Assembly: GCF_000143415.4 (NCBI RefSeq)
Contig: NW_003314261.1
Location: 3,402,880-3,466,879, forward strand
Reading direction: 5' to 3'
DNA length: 64,000 nucleotides
Source: Selaginella moellendorffii
Taxonomy: Eukaryota > Plantae > Lycopodiophyta
How positions within the stretch are numbered: position 1 is the first letter of the stretch; every line of letters begins with the position of its first letter. Made by a program: the position numbers and the translations under genes. The notes beneath the pieces were generated by a model, which saw only the letters and a list, made by a program, of their open reading frames with translations, did no database searches and had not been told where the DNA came from. Below are positions 1 to 13,950 of the stretch, piece after piece.

Positions 1-942
1 CTTTCGACGAGAATTTCTCTGTTATGTGGGCTGACGACCATGTACAAACAACTGGAGAAAATGGGAGCCTTGTGCAGCTAATGCTCGATAGAAACTCTGG
101 TAAGTAACATTCTTTCAATAGTCTACTGATTTTCCTTTACGTTTTCTTTGTAGGATCCGCCTTCTCGACGATAAAAAAGTACCTGTTTGGATTCATCAGC
201 ATGAATCTCAAGCTGGTTCCGGGTGATTCAGCCGGAGTTGTCACTGCTTACTACGTAAATCTTCGTCTTTCTCGATGCTTCAACTTTTATTTCCTTTGTT
301 TCGCAGCTATCGTCCGAGACCGACAACCGAGATGAGCTCGACTTCGAGTTCCTTGGCAACCGATCCGGGCAGCCATATACTTTGCAAACCAACGTCTATA
401 GCAATGGAAAGGGAGAGAGGGAGCAGCGGCTGATGCTCTGGTTTGATCCCTCTCAAGACTTCCACGCTTACTCGTTCCTCTGGAACAAGCATCATATTGT
501 GTAAGCTTTCCTTTCATTCATTTGCTCGATCTTATCTCCAAGTCGCAGGTTCTACGTCGACAAGACCCCCGTCCGCGTCCACAGGCTCACAAGCGCCACC
601 CAAGACGTGTTCCTGTCCAAACAGCCAATGCGGCTCATCTCGAGCATCTGGAACGCCGACGGCTGGGCGACGCGCGGTGGAAAAGAGAAGATCGACTGGA
701 GTGGAGCGCCGTTCGTGGCGTCCTACGCCGAATTCACCGTGGATGGATGCGACGAAGGGGACGCTGCGTGCCTCGCAAACACGAGCAGCCCCTGGTGGGA
801 TAGGCCGAGTTCGTGGGAGCTGAGCGTTCAAGAAGAGCAAGCGCTGGGCGTGGTGAGATCCAAGTTCTTGATATATGACTACTGCCTAGACACCAACAGG
901 AATCCATCACCTCCTACCGAGTGTAGTGTTAATCCCAAGTAG
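1..942 (+). CDS. XTH: Xyloglucan endotransglucosylase/hydrolase (GH16), 5'-partial, 4 exons visible
   Basis: Spliced translation gives ...[16 protein letters not shown]|[31 protein letters not shown] (DE[I/L]DFEFLG catalytic motif), [11 protein letters not shown] and the C-terminal YDYC...PPTEC; GT-AG introns; stop at 942. Confidence 0.95.
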
Positions 943-1438
943 ATCTATCAAAAGTATGTGCCTTCCAAAACCACAGGGTGGTGCTGCTGGGTATGTGGTT
1001 TCCAGGGGTTTGAGCATTTGCTCGTGTTATCACTTGGCTGTGGCAACAAAACTGTGACAAGAAAGCCGCGGGATGGTGGGTGACACAGCTAATAACGAAT
1101 GTGGCCCTCAACGCAAGCTCGGATATGGTGGTCTCGGCGCTTTTTTAGCTCGGGCTGTGCGTAAGAATCCAAATAATGTAGTTTGTTCTTGGATCAGACC
1201 TCCAGCAAGTTGAGTATTCGAAGCCGGCCAACCTTGCCGACCTGGTCAACATTAGGAGACAGCTGGTCAAGGAGCCGGTCAAGGGGGTCAACTTTTACAA
1301 CGGGGAGGCCATTCGCAGGTTTGCACCATTCACTTGCAACCCAGCCGTCTGAAGAGCCCAAGAAACGCAAACTAGTTGATAGGATTTCCAAATATACAAT
1401 CATGATATAAGATATTTATCTCTTATATGAATATCTTT

Positions 1439-1460
1439 TATATATATATATATATATATA
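1439..1460. repeat. (TA)11 microsatellite
   Basis: Read directly. Confidence 0.9.
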
Positions 1461-1728
1461 AAAGATAACACGTACACGCCAACTAAAATACAGAATTACG
1501 CAAGGCATCCAATTGCGTATGTATTTGAAAAAGATATAGGTGTCTTGAGATCAATATATCGTCCATGCTGCATGTATCTTATTTTAGAGAAATGTTGCAC
1601 TGTTGGTTTTCACAGGCACGTCTCGTAAGACGGGCAAATAACAAACACGTCACGGATCCTGAATATATGCATGATCCAATGTTGGCACAACTACACCTGT
1701 TTACAATTATCCATCGCACAAGAATTTC

Positions 1729-3221
1729 ATGGAAACAAGCAGAAGGAGGAAGTGCATCTTGAGCATCGATGGAGGTGGAGTGAGGGGTGTTATTCCCGCG
1801 ACAATTCTTGAGTACCTTGAGGATTGCTTACAGGTTTCTTTGGGAAAATTATCAAAGCAGAGTCATCTTTATTGGCTTTGATCTGATCTCTCTCTGTCAG
1901 GAGCTAGATGGTCCTAGTGTCAGGCTCGCGGACTACTTTGACACCATTGCTGGAACCAGCACCGGAGGGATCATCGCCGCAATGCTGGGGACGCCTAGCA
2001 AAGACAATCGGCCAATGTTCATGGCGAAAGAGATCACTGGGTTCTACTTTGCGAATGCGCAGAAGATATTCCCGCAGTACTTGTGTGTTCTCCTTGTTCT
2101 TTTTCAGATGGAAAAAACTTTCGAGCTCCTAGTAATGAATTCTCACTCTTAACAGTCTCAAAAGCGCTGCTGGACTCTTCGGGCCAAAGTACTCCGAGAA
2201 GCCTATGGAGAGCCTCCTCCACGAGTATATTGGAGACTTGAAGATGAGAGACACACTCGTTCCTCTCGTCATTCCAACCTTTGACACTAAACTCCAGCAG
2301 CCTGTGTTCTTCACAACTTCAGAGGTTTGCGTCCATGATTTTGTGTTCTGATATTTAAGAAGTTCAAGACTTCCAGGCCAAAACAAACGAATCCAAGAAT
2401 GCGTTTCTCCGAGATGTTGTCCGGGGCACCACCGCGGCTCCAACTTATCTGCCTCCAAAATATTTCCAGATGCCTACGGGAGTGGAATTCAACCTGGTTG
2501 ACGGTGGCCTCGCCGCAAACAATCCAGTAATTTTTCATACGGTCTTTAAAGCTCTAGTCCTTTTACTCAACTAATTTCTATCTATGTGAAGACTTTTCTA
2601 GCCATTGTTCAAGCTCTGAAGGATTCAGAAGCTCAGGATCCAGGATTGGTAGGCACTAAACTGCTCGAGGTATATAGATAACTATATTTCATTCGTGTTA
2701 GCTATTGTGAATTGCTATCAGAGGTTCGAGGAGTTGCTGGTCATATCTCTTGGTTGTGGCGATCAAACCGTGAGCTACACGGCCAAGGAGATAGCAAAAT
2801 GGGGGGCTCTCGGCTGGGTGGTTCATGAGAACGGGGCTCCAATCATCAACATGCTCTCTAACGCAAGCGCCGACATTGTTGACCACACCATCTCGTCGCT
2901 CTTCCGACTTAGTGTGTGCGAGCAGAACTTCCTTCGGATTCAGGTACTAGAAAAGTTCGAGTTTGACAAATGTCGTGGATTTGGAATTTTTCTTTTTGAC
3001 AGACGCCGGAGCTCGAGGGCAGCATTGCGGAAGTTGACAACTCGAGCTTGGAGAATTTGAAGAAGCTGGCCATGGTTGGGAAAGGCTTGTTGGAACGGCG
3101 AGTGCAAATGGTGAATTTGGAAACGGGTACCTGGCAAGATGTTGGGAATGAAACCAACCAAGAAGCCATTAAGAGGATGGCTAACTGGTTATCACAGAAT
3201 AGAAAAGGCACAAGTTTTTAA
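1729..3221 (+). CDS. Patatin-like phospholipase (pPLAII type), multi-exon
   Basis: [20 protein letters not shown] (oxyanion motif), AGTSTGG (catalytic Ser), [19 protein letters not shown] (catalytic Asp), LVISLGCG; stop TAA at 3219-3221. Confidence 0.93.
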
Positions 3222-3374
3222 AATTCCATTTTAAGATCCGGTTTCTAGCTCTTCATGTGCATTGACACGGTAAGTACAAGCCTCGCCTGAAGATGTTATA
3301 AAAATTGAACTACTTACATTTCTAAATCACGCCTCCATGTCGAATGTCAATGACAAACTGTTTCAAGAGAAAAT

Positions 3375-4688
3375 TCAAGCACTTACATAACACTTCCAGT
3401 AATCTCTTTGGTCTGATATTGTCTTCCTTGCCTTCAGGAAAACATTAATTTGTTCTCTAGGCTCGTTTCTTGCGTTCGTAGTCAAATCCTGCAAGAGATT
3501 TAAAAACCAGATTAGAGAATGAGCAGAGCAAAAGAAAAGCAGAGCAATCCTTGACGAGCCTGACGACACAAGGTCCCACTTCTTGGCCCCGCGTCACAGG
3601 AGCAATCTTTTCTCCCGGATAGTTACTTGCTGCACGACTGCATTCTGCGATATCTTTCTCTGTGGTGTTCTCTGCTACGCTCCCATTAATACGCCAGCTG
3701 TGGAACAAACTCTCCAAATCCTTGCCACTTCGACGAGAGCTTTCGCTTATAGGCCTCCTCTACCATGACAGAAGCACTCGAAGTTGACGTTTCTGCAGCG
3801 AACTATCGTCGGGCCGTCCAAGCGACGCTCCATGCTAGCTCTCGTGCACTCTGCACTCAGATCCCGTTAACAAACAACATATCTCAGATTGAACTCTACC
3901 TGGTAAATTTATTTCCCGGAAAACAATCTCAAACTCTTCTGGGCTTTCAATGAAATTTTCCATGTATTCGACCTTGATATTCCTCACAAGAAACGCGTCA
4001 TGTGTGTTCAAGTCCTGCAAGAAGACACAGTAAATCAAATCACTAAGATTTCACTCCCACACTCACCTATAAAAAATATAAAAACCACTTCATGGTCTCC
4101 ACCCAGCACTGGCTTTAGCAAATGGTAGCTTCCAGAAGACGCCCAGTACAGCATGTCGTCCGGTCGCCAGTCCGTCAGAGAACTCGAATCTTCTTGCACA
4201 CATACTGCGGCCACGAAGTTCACAAAGCTCTGCTCGGCATTGATCTGGAGAATGCCAGAAGGCATGCACTCTCGCCATATCTCATATTGCGCCCAAACTC
4301 ATTCCTCTGATAAGTGGGCGAAGGGGAGTTTTGGCAGAGTGGTAGACCCTGTTGTCTGTAGGCCTCGTTGATCTGTCCACCATAATATATTCGTGTTTGC
4401 CCTGGCCATCGGGGCATTGGAGCCACTAGAAGAAGAGGTTGCTCATGGCCCTCGTCGGACAATGGAGCTCCAAAACTGTGGAGTGAAGCTCGACTTTGGA
4501 ACGAAGACCCGCGAATCTGTCAGTCGAATGCTGAGAGCGTCCATGATCTTTTGATGTCCTGCTAGGAAAGAAGAAAACGGAAAAACGTGAAAAGGCTTGA
4601 AGAAAAGAAAATGGTCTACGTACTTGATCGCTCCTGGCTGGGATCCAGAGGCATGTTTCTGGCGCAATCCGGCATTCCGTCCCATCAT
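3375..4688 (-). pseudogene. Fragmented ORFs of unknown family (possible disrupted lineage-specific gene)
   Basis: Several coding-like ORF pieces (4443-4688, 4035-4265, 3835-4038, 3457-3717) with intron-like T-rich gaps, in shifting frames; no domain recognised. Confidence 0.3.
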
Positions 4689-5528
4689 GATTAGTCTGTT
4701 GGATTCGGTAAGAAACTCACTTTTCTTTTCTTCTCATTTGACTCGATTTTTGCAGGTGAAAGACGAGGAAGACGAAGAGGATAATTGGACAGACGAGAAG
4801 TTGCATGACTGTATGTTTCTAGACTTCAGTTCCTTCGGTACTGATTCTTTGTCTGCTTTCCAGCGATTGATAAGCTACTCTGCTGCTTCAAGCCTTGACA
4901 ACACCTCCCAAAGCGTTCGAGTCCAAATCAAACCCCTCCACCACGTTTTCGACGTGACAGAGCCCCTGTGCCAGCTTTTCTCTCGGTAAAAAGGGATCAT
5001 TGTGTTACCGAGACTAAACTAGCTCAGTCTTTCCGCCAACAAGATGATGGTGTGGAGCTGGAAGATGGAACAACTCTCTCGCCCATTGAAATTCTGGCCA
5101 CTACATGTCAACAATTTGACTCGTCTCACAAGTATGACAAGTGCTCAACTCAAGGAGCTGGAAGTGTGTCTGTGATTCAGGGAAGGAACTAGCATGCCCC
5201 AATCACAACGACCTTTTGAGCAGAGTTGGTCAGGGATCTCATTCTCGAGATTTCCTGTCGGTTTGGGTTAGCAGCAGAGATCCAGAGCCAAGCGGCTTGT
5301 ATACCCATGCCTTTTGCAGATATCGTAGCGCACCTTATCAACGTGATGCTCGGAGCACGAGAAGTGGTGCAGCTCATCGAGGAAGGACGGGAAGAGGGGC
5401 GCGATGCCATGGCGGGCATAGATTTCATGGATGCTGCGCGCCAAATACTTATTACCCACGGTGCTGCGCCATTTGTAGAAGACGCGAACAGCATGGCGTC
5501 CGCCCAGAAGAGCTTGCGCCTCTCCTGA
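4687..5528 (+). pseudogene. Disrupted orphan ORF of unknown family
   Basis: ATG at 4687, GT-AG intron at about 4708-4755, then VKDEEDEED...; a frame change near 4985 and in-frame stops near 5190-5220 precede a helical C-terminal ORF (5226-5528). Confidence 0.3.
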
Positions 5529-5935
5529 TGACGCACCAGCCGGTCGCTGCAAATGCACAGCAAAGGAATATCAGGGATTTCCGCTAATTGCCAATAGACG
5601 ACAGATGTGAGATCAAGTTGGATCACTCTAGATAGCAGACACAGAGAAAGAGTCTTCCAATGGCATTCATGTTAGTTATCTTCAACTGTGCACATTGGTT
5701 CTAGATAAGCATACACTAAGGCTGATGCAAATTTTACTAGATCCATAATTATAGCCATATGTATTAGCATTATTAGTGTTTTTTAGATTGGCATTTTCCA
5801 TTTCCTAGGTGAAGTCTTTCATACTAAGAACATTTTATTTATGCAAGGTTTTGATATTGGGATTTTTCTGTAAAATGAGAAATCATGTAAGTAGTGAAAG
5901 GATTTTGTATGAATAAGTTAATGACCTTCAATCCT

Positions 5936-8642
5936 TACGATGCCGTATATTAATATTAGCGTAGTGGGATTTTGGTAGCCATTGGATTGGTTTCAATCTG
6001 GACCACTCGCTCTTGTATATAAGCTAGGGTTTTTGGGTTAATTGATATGCACATTTCTGTATTCCCTTTCTATATTCCATGCACTCACAGAGAAAAATAT
6101 TATTTAAAAGTCTTAAAGTCCTTAAATGTATAAGTCTCATTTTATGACAAAGCTTGATAAGAATATATATTTTTATATTAATTATCATTTGTTAAATGAT
6201 GTGATGATCTTGGATATGTACCCTCTTCCTCACATTACCAATTTTCTAAACCTTTTGGAGCAAAGTTGTTAGTTCACTAAATTAGATTTTGTTTTTGGGT
6301 ACTAATAAGTGTCGATGGCTGAAGAGGATGTTCCCAAAACTATTTTCCATACCCCATTTGGTTTATATAAGTTATTAATGATGTCATTCAAATTGAATAA
6401 TGCTCCAATAACTTTTTAGTAAATAATAGTGAAATTTTTGTGATATGCTAGAGATGACTGTTGATTTTATTAATTGTATCTTGATCCACTTAGAAGGGAT
6501 GTAAAAAGAGAATGTCTGTGATGTTTGTAAAATGTTGGATCAGTTGTGAGAAGTTGATTTAAAATTAAAGTGGTCAAATTGTGTGTTTGGATCCAAAACA
6601 TGACTTAATTTAAGTTTTACATTTCTTATGAAAGTTTGCAAGTGTGAATGATGTGTAATACTTCTTCAGCAAGGTGTAATGTCTTGATTGTTTTATTAAT
6701 CTCTTTTGATTGTATTGAACTATTGTATACTAAATTATTCATATCATATTTCATCTAGTCTGAGGATTACAAGAGGGCATTTATAAATCTAAAAGAAGTG
6801 TTGACAATTTTCTCAATTTTGGTGTATCTTGATTACATTCAACCTTTCATTTTGCATATGGATATTTTTGATATTAGTCTTGAAGATGTATTGATCTTCA
6901 ACATTATCCCATTGTATACATTAGTTATATATTACAACTAGCGAAAGTGAGCTACTTTATGATAAATGAGTGTTTAATACCATTATCTATGCATTTTTTA
7001 AATGAGGATTCTTTGCCATTGGCAGTTGCTATACTTAATGTTTAGTGTCTACAAGATATAGAGCAAGATTTATCTTTTCTTGATGAAGTTCACGAGGCTT
7101 AAAAGATTGAGCTATGGATCTAAAGACTTCGAGATGGGTTTGAGGATCTTGCATCACTTGTTAATGACTTGCCATTTTGGCATTTACATTCTCAATATCG
7201 CTTTGAAGATAACCTTCTTTATTTTGTAGAGACGAATCCTAATGATCATTTATGGCTGGTGGTGCCTTTTGTCTTTATTCCATGGTTTCTTTATGCCTAC
7301 CATGATTCTTTTGTTCTATACGGGCATATGGGATATTATTGTGTGACCGAAAAGCTATTCAGGTTTTTCTATTGGTCAAAGATATTACGTGATGTTATTC
7401 AGTATGTGCATAGCTGCGTTTGGTGCTAAGTTCGTAATACTCACCCTTGTGTCATGGAAGGATAGTTAGAGTCAATTGCAATTTCCCGTCTATTTGAGTT
7501 GGTAGTGTTTGATTTTATAGGACCTTTTCCACGATTGACTACTGGCAATGAATATATTATTATTGTTTTTGATTATTTGATTCATTGGGTGGAAGTTAGT
7601 GCTCTTGCTAGCACCTCTACAATTGCTATTGCATACTTCCTTCTCAATCGAGTAGTGTTCCAACATTCTTGTTTGGAGTGGATTCTTTCAGATAATGGTC
7701 ACATATTTATGGCTAAGGCATTTTATATTTTGACATTTCGGTTGGGGATATACCACACTTTCATGAGTGCTTATCATCCACAATTAAATGGTTTGGTGGA
7801 ATGACTCATTTGGACATTCAAAGGAATGATCGCGAAGTACATGAACTTTTAGTATTCGGATTGGGATGGTTATTTGCTGTTTCTTCGGTATGCATATGTC
7901 ATAGGGGTGTAGCGTTCTATTAATGCTTCACCATATAAACTCCTATATGATCATGATCTAATATTACCAACAAAGCTAAGTTTACCTTTGTGATTGCCAT
8001 GAACTGCCGATGGTAAGTCGTGGGATTAGTATTTGATGAGCATTCTTCCACTTGTTCAAGTAGAGTTTGCCGAACACTTAGGCCGGGTACAAGTGAGATA
8101 ACAATAGCGCTATAACTCCCATCATTGTCCACTTGCGGAGTACAAAGTGGATGATTTGGTGTTAGTCTGTTTTCCTCATCCTATAATACATGGTTTATCT
8201 AAGAGGCTCCTTGCTTAGTGAAAAGGTCCGTATCAGGTGTTGCAGCAAATTTGATCACAAGTTTATAAGGTTCGATATGATGTCTAGCAGGCTGATCCTT
8301 TAAAAATTGTGCATATCCAATGGTTGAAATGTTTCGTACAAAGGGATCAAGAGCAACTAATACCACCTACAGATTGGCCAATATCTCCTTTTGACGTTTG
8401 TCCAAATCCGGGCCCATCTACAAGAGAACCCTAATGGGCTTTTATTATTTTGAGATGAGCGAATGATGTGAAGTCCAAGTGTATAGCTATGATGCTATAT
8501 ACTAATATTAGTATAGTGGGATTTTGGTAACTGTTAGATTGGTTTTAATTTGGACCACTTGCTTTTGTATATAAGCTAGGGTTTTTGGGCTAATTGATAT
8601 ATACATTTTCTGTATTCCCTTTTTATATTCCATGCACTCACA
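5936..8642 (+). mobile_element. Degenerate, internally deleted Ty3/gypsy LTR retrotransposon
   Basis: Direct repeats at about 5936-6089 and 8467-8642; the latter has TGTGA...TCACA termini after a purine-rich tract. RT remnant (YPLPHI...KTIFHTPFGLY) at about 6200-6420; integrase zinc-finger remnant (YHDS...GHMG...C..C) at 7169-7429 and core (DFIGPFP...SDNG...AYHPQLNGLVE) at 7499-7804; many stops. Confidence 0.85.
8467..8642 (+). repeat. 3' LTR (176 bp), with a partial second copy at 5936-6089
   Basis: TGTGA/TCACA inverted termini; contains TATATAA; about 150 bp align to the upstream copy. Confidence 0.85.
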
Positions 8643-9399
8643 CTTATAATTAATTTTAATTATATTAAATTTCAATACAATATTAATATCTAATTCTTTT
8701 TCAATATAAATCTAAAGTTTCATTTGATTTTATTTGGATTTATCTTAAGAAGCATACAATATACAAAATATATTACTTATTAGGGATGAAAGATGTACTA
8801 AAAGTTTGACATTGAAGGAATTATGTGCAAGTGTAACTTGGGATCTAGTTGATTGTGATTTTGTAAATTTTCTTGTTTGTAGTATTAATTTTATAACTAA
8901 TAACTGTATACTCAAGATTACAATATGCTACTTGATGTTGATGCTATTAACTTCCACTTTCAACTCTAATGCCTTTGAATATGTTATTTTTGCCTCCTTT
9001 GATCAAGTATTTGTAATTTTTACATGTTTATTGTTTCTTAATTTTGGAACTTTTTGATAAAAGTGTTGAGGTTGAGCTTGTAGTTGTGGCACTAGTCCTC
9101 TTCATTCTCTAGTGATATACTTGGGATGGTGTGAATTGATCAATATTATTGGCTCGCTTGTTCATTATTTTCTTTTACAATTTTAAGGTTCCTAATTATT
9201 TTTATTGCATATTAAATTCCAAGATCATCTAAAGTTAATCCCATCACTTCTATTAACTTTTGACCAAAAAGTCATATCAATATATGTGTGTGTGTGTTTG
9301 ATGTGGTAAGAATCCATAACCAAGTTGAAGAAGTCTGATGCCAAGAGCTGATAACTACTCTAAATGATAGAAACAAGAGAAGACAAAGGAAAGAAGGAG

Positions 9400-12300
9400 A
9401 AAAAGTTGAAAAAGTGAAAAGGGAAATGAAGTGTAAAATTTTGGGTTAGAGCATGGGAAAAACTCTAAGTTAAAATTAGACACTCAAGTTGGGAAAAATA
9501 ACAAAAAGAAAAAACAATAGAAAAACAAAGCATGAATCTAGACTCTAGCCTTGTAAGTCTTCACACCTCCAAGAAATTCCTTGAACATGCCCAACTCATC
9601 CTCAAAGTTCTATAGAAGAAAAAGTGGAGTGAATGCATTGAACATGTGGTAGATGATGAAAAAAAAGACCATATCTAATATGATGTAGCAAAATATGTCA
9701 TTAGGATTTCATGTAGAGCGTGCCATGAACCAAGATGAAGTGGCTTCTATAGCCAAATGCAGCTAAAAGCATGTGGATGTAGAGAGTTTTTTACTCCATT
9801 AATGAGGGTCTAGATGCCTATTCTATACAGGCCTAAGTGATTGAAGAAAAGAGTTGGAATGTCTTTAGATTTGTTATGCTATGCTATATCTTTTGTCTTT
9901 GACATTCAAAAAGCTTGATTTTTTCTGTGTTGTATTACTAAAGTTTGCTTGATAAAGTGATCTTGGAAGATCCCAAGTACCATGTGGAAATGATGAAAAA
10001 CTAAGATTAGGTATTTGTGATGATGGAATGCAGTGATTATGAAAGTGAATAGAGTGATGTATGAATGTAAGTGGATGGAAATGAAGAGGAGGATGTGTTG
10101 TTAAAAGTGATAGAGACAAGAACCTAGGAACAAAGAGGAAAAGCCGAAAGAATAAGCTCCTAAACAAATGGAGTTAATACCACTCCAAGGCTGAAATCCA
10201 ACCTTGAGTTTGTGTCTACAAAAGAAGACTGCTTCGAAGGATATGAGAAAAAATTGAAAATAAAGAGGAAAAGAAAAGAAATCTAAAAAACCTAAAGAGA
10301 GGAAAAAATTCACCGCTAGTGAAGAAGACGGTGAGTCGAGTTTTTCTTGAGTGTTGTCTTGAAGAAGCTTGCCTCTAGAGGGCAAAGGGAATCCTAAAGA
10401 AGGCACTGGATTCTTTTGAAAGTCAAGCTGAAGGTAGGCATGATAATCCAATGCTTGCAATGTCGAGAGAATTTGAGGTCGCAAAAGACATTGATATGAG
10501 ACTTGGAGCATGATGTTAGGCTATGTTGGCTGCTCTTGGATGGGGAATGTTAATGCTGCTGAAGAGGAGAAAGTCACTTTGAGTGCTTCTAGAAGTTTAG
10601 TGGGCGAACAAAGTGTTGATGCTTGGGAAAGCTTCCATGAAATCGAATGTGTTGTGTGGTTGTGGTCAAACTAGATCTCCATGATGAGAATGGTGTCTGT
10701 GAAGGCTCCATGATTGAAGACACCATGCTAAGAATCGGAGCTGAAACATGAAGAAATTTGGAGTCATATGACTATGCAAAGCCATGTCAAAGTGGTTGAG
10801 TGGGCTTGGAGGTTTTGTCATTAGAACACTAATGACAATTTATTTTGGTTGTGGGCTTTGCTTAAGGCATTTGGGAAGATTCAATTTGCTGAATTAGGCT
10901 GCCACTTTGCAACATTTACCACGTTTAGGCATTTGCAATGACTTAAGCATTTTATGTCAATGACAACACATTCACAATCACTTAGAGGATCAATTTGGCA
11001 AGGACTAGTCTCCACTTTTAAAGGTAAGTTTTTGCATTTAATATGAGAGCTTGATTTCCATGAGGAAGGATTCATTGAATCTAGAAGATACTTTGCCTAG
11101 GGATTTGCAGCAGCCCATAAAGATGGCTAATCTAATCTATATTATATAGCAGAATGTGGATTTATCCCTCTTCACACATGGAGCTTCATCAGCATAGAGT
11201 CATAGAGTGGAATTTGAGGTCTTTTGTGACTCAAATGGAATTACAATAAATGTGGGCAAACATAACTACTTTCTTCAATCAATGCATGGATAAGCTTAGA
11301 TTTGAGCAGAGTCAATCTTGGATACAAAGTAGAAGTGATACACAGAGGTGACAAAGCTTTTTCTCAAGATGTTTGGACAGGAGAAGGATCTCCAATAGCT
11401 TCACACCAAAGTTTTTTTCTTTTTGACATCACCCCATGAATCTATTATTGACTATATCTAGTGGTTCAAGCAACATTGGAAGCTATGCCTCACCCAAATC
11501 CTAAACCTCATATAGTTGCCACTTTTATCTAGGGACTAAAGCAGCTCATCCAACACAAACTTCTTAAGTGTAAATGTCATTTAGCTTTTAAGTATGCTAA
11601 GGGAGGTGATGAGTTTTGCCTCACTCTAGGTGTTTCTCAAGTTGCCCAATCTCCATTTAACCACCTTCTAAAGCATCTAATCACAACAATTTCTTGCCAA
11701 CTTGCTTCCAGAGTTACGAAAGAGAGAATCCCACAATTGTTGAAATCTGCCATCATAGAACTTTGCCAGTACAAAGGCTTCCTTGAGCATCAATAGCAAG
11801 CTTTCTTGCAACAACAACAACAACTCCGCCATTCTTGATGAGCTTAAGGCATTGAGACTCTAGCAAATAGAGATAGCACTAGATGACCCCATTGATGGTA
11901 TAACCATTATGAGGCAAGTAGACACTTGAAAAAATGGTGTTATCACCTCTATTTAGAGTTTTGACCTCTTATGAGACAAAGAGTCTAAGAGCATTCACTT
12001 GTTAATAACTCTACACTTTGGCCACCTCTATATGGATATTAGTAATAGCTCCAACAATGTGCAATTGAAGCCGCTCCATTGACAAAAAAAGGGAAAGGAA
12101 ATGGCTCTCCACATGAACATCAACAATAAGACACTCATAGCTGTGATTGAGCTCAAAAGAAACATTAGCAAACAGCCCTAGACATCAATGGAGAGCAAGG
12201 CTCAATTGTTCCACAAGTCTTAGACCCAACCATCGCATGCAAATTGCCCTTTAAGTTGGCATTTGCTAAATCCTCTATAGTTGATGTTGGACCTTCTCAG

Positions 12301-13950
12301 CTTGATAGCACATCTTCTGTAGGCTTACATCTCCCATGACTCTAGCATCTTCAACTCTTCTGACAAACATCCTGCAACAAGTATGCACACTTCCATCACC
12401 CTTTCACTTGGACAACTTTTGTGATCAATCCCAAGATTTGGATAGCAGCTAGAAACCCTTGCATGTTTATGACAACATATTTTTCATGTTGGTGAGGAGA
12501 TCCATATCATAGATACCATAGGAACACAAGACCTAGGAGTTTTTATGGCATTGATTACTCTGCAAGATACCATCACAGCATAAGCACTCTTGGATTCGAG
12601 TTCAAGAAGTAATATCATCTCATTAACATTGGCAAAGTCTGTTGGGCTCTAGATCCAAAACAATAGAGCCGTCATCCTCAAAACCTTTGGAAATCATACT
12701 ATGATCCCTTAGGCATATGTTGCCAAGTACCGATATCAATCCAAGGGTTCTCATTGCTGGTGGATTTTATGGTGGTGGACTTTCAGCAAATGAACTCACA
12801 CTCCCTCACCAATCTTATCATCTTGGGATGCATATAGCACTTCCAAGCCCAATATTAAAACATACTGGAAGAAGAGGATGATGTAAATTAGTGACAAGAT
12901 CACTACCAACAAGCTTTACAACGGCTGTTCTTTGATGGAGAGGGTTTCTACTCCTACTTCACAGCCTAAGCATACTTTTGTGCCCAAGTGGACTACTTTT
13001 CTAGCTGAGTTGGCTGTTGTCTTCCCCGAGCTCCTCAACAATCCATCACTATTGGAAATGGTGGTATTCAACATCCACACTTTTTCTACATCCAACACTA
13101 CTACTAAACCATCCATATCTATATGTTCTAGTGTTATATAGTCCTTGTCACAATTAGAACTTGCTTCCATGAAAAACTCAACCACAATTTTAGAGATTTA
13201 TTACATGCTAAAGGTGAGAAAATTTGATTGGACTGTTTTGCTATGGGCACTTCCAGTGGCTCAAGAGGCATTTAGGAGGCTCTTATCCAGCTAGATGCCA
13301 ATCCTATGCAACTTTTCTCCTTACTCTAGTCTAGAGTGCATGCTCACAAAAGGTGATGATATTCCCCATGTACCACTAGTAGTGACCAACTCCTCAACCT
13401 CTTTATTTGAGGACCGAGCTTCTTGGGATTTCACAGCTCTCTCAACAACAACAAATGAGATTCTAGTCAAGCTTGGAGTCAGGGACAACATGAAAGCATG
13501 TGAGTGATAACACTATTGGTGTTTTAGCAATCGACTTTCAGTGATTAGGAGATTCTGGGACACTTAGAGACATCAACCTCTATACTCACCACACAAACTC
13601 CTTCAACCACACATCTCAAACAACATAGATCACATAGTTCCCAATAAGTGGTGTTTACTCATGCCAAGAAGATCCAGACTTTCCAAAGTCCTTTATTTGG
13701 ACCATATATCCACCATATTGTTTGCTCTTATTTACTAACTTTGCCTTTCTAGAGCACACTCACAAATCCATGTACTTTATTATGGAACCCCACAAGCTCG
13801 ATAAACAACACTCTTATGACCACTTAGTCTACTATCTTGGCTCCAAATCTTTATCCTTACTAGAAAGGAGCCTCACTTTAGGATCTAGCTATAGAGAATA
13901 ATACGGCACATCCCTTAAAGTTGGCGGCAACACAACTCTAACCTCTTTTC
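9400..13950. mobile_element. Highly degenerate non-LTR (L1-like LINE) remnants, apparently in both orientations
   Basis: Plus strand near 10750-10850 reads IWSHMT...KVVEWAWRFCH*NTNDNL, resembling zf-RVT. Minus strand near 13560-13690 reads KVWIFL...VCVVSIEVDVSKCP, resembling L1 ORF1/DUF4283. ORF 12916-13185 weakly resembles an AP endonuclease. Riddled with stops. Confidence 0.4.
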
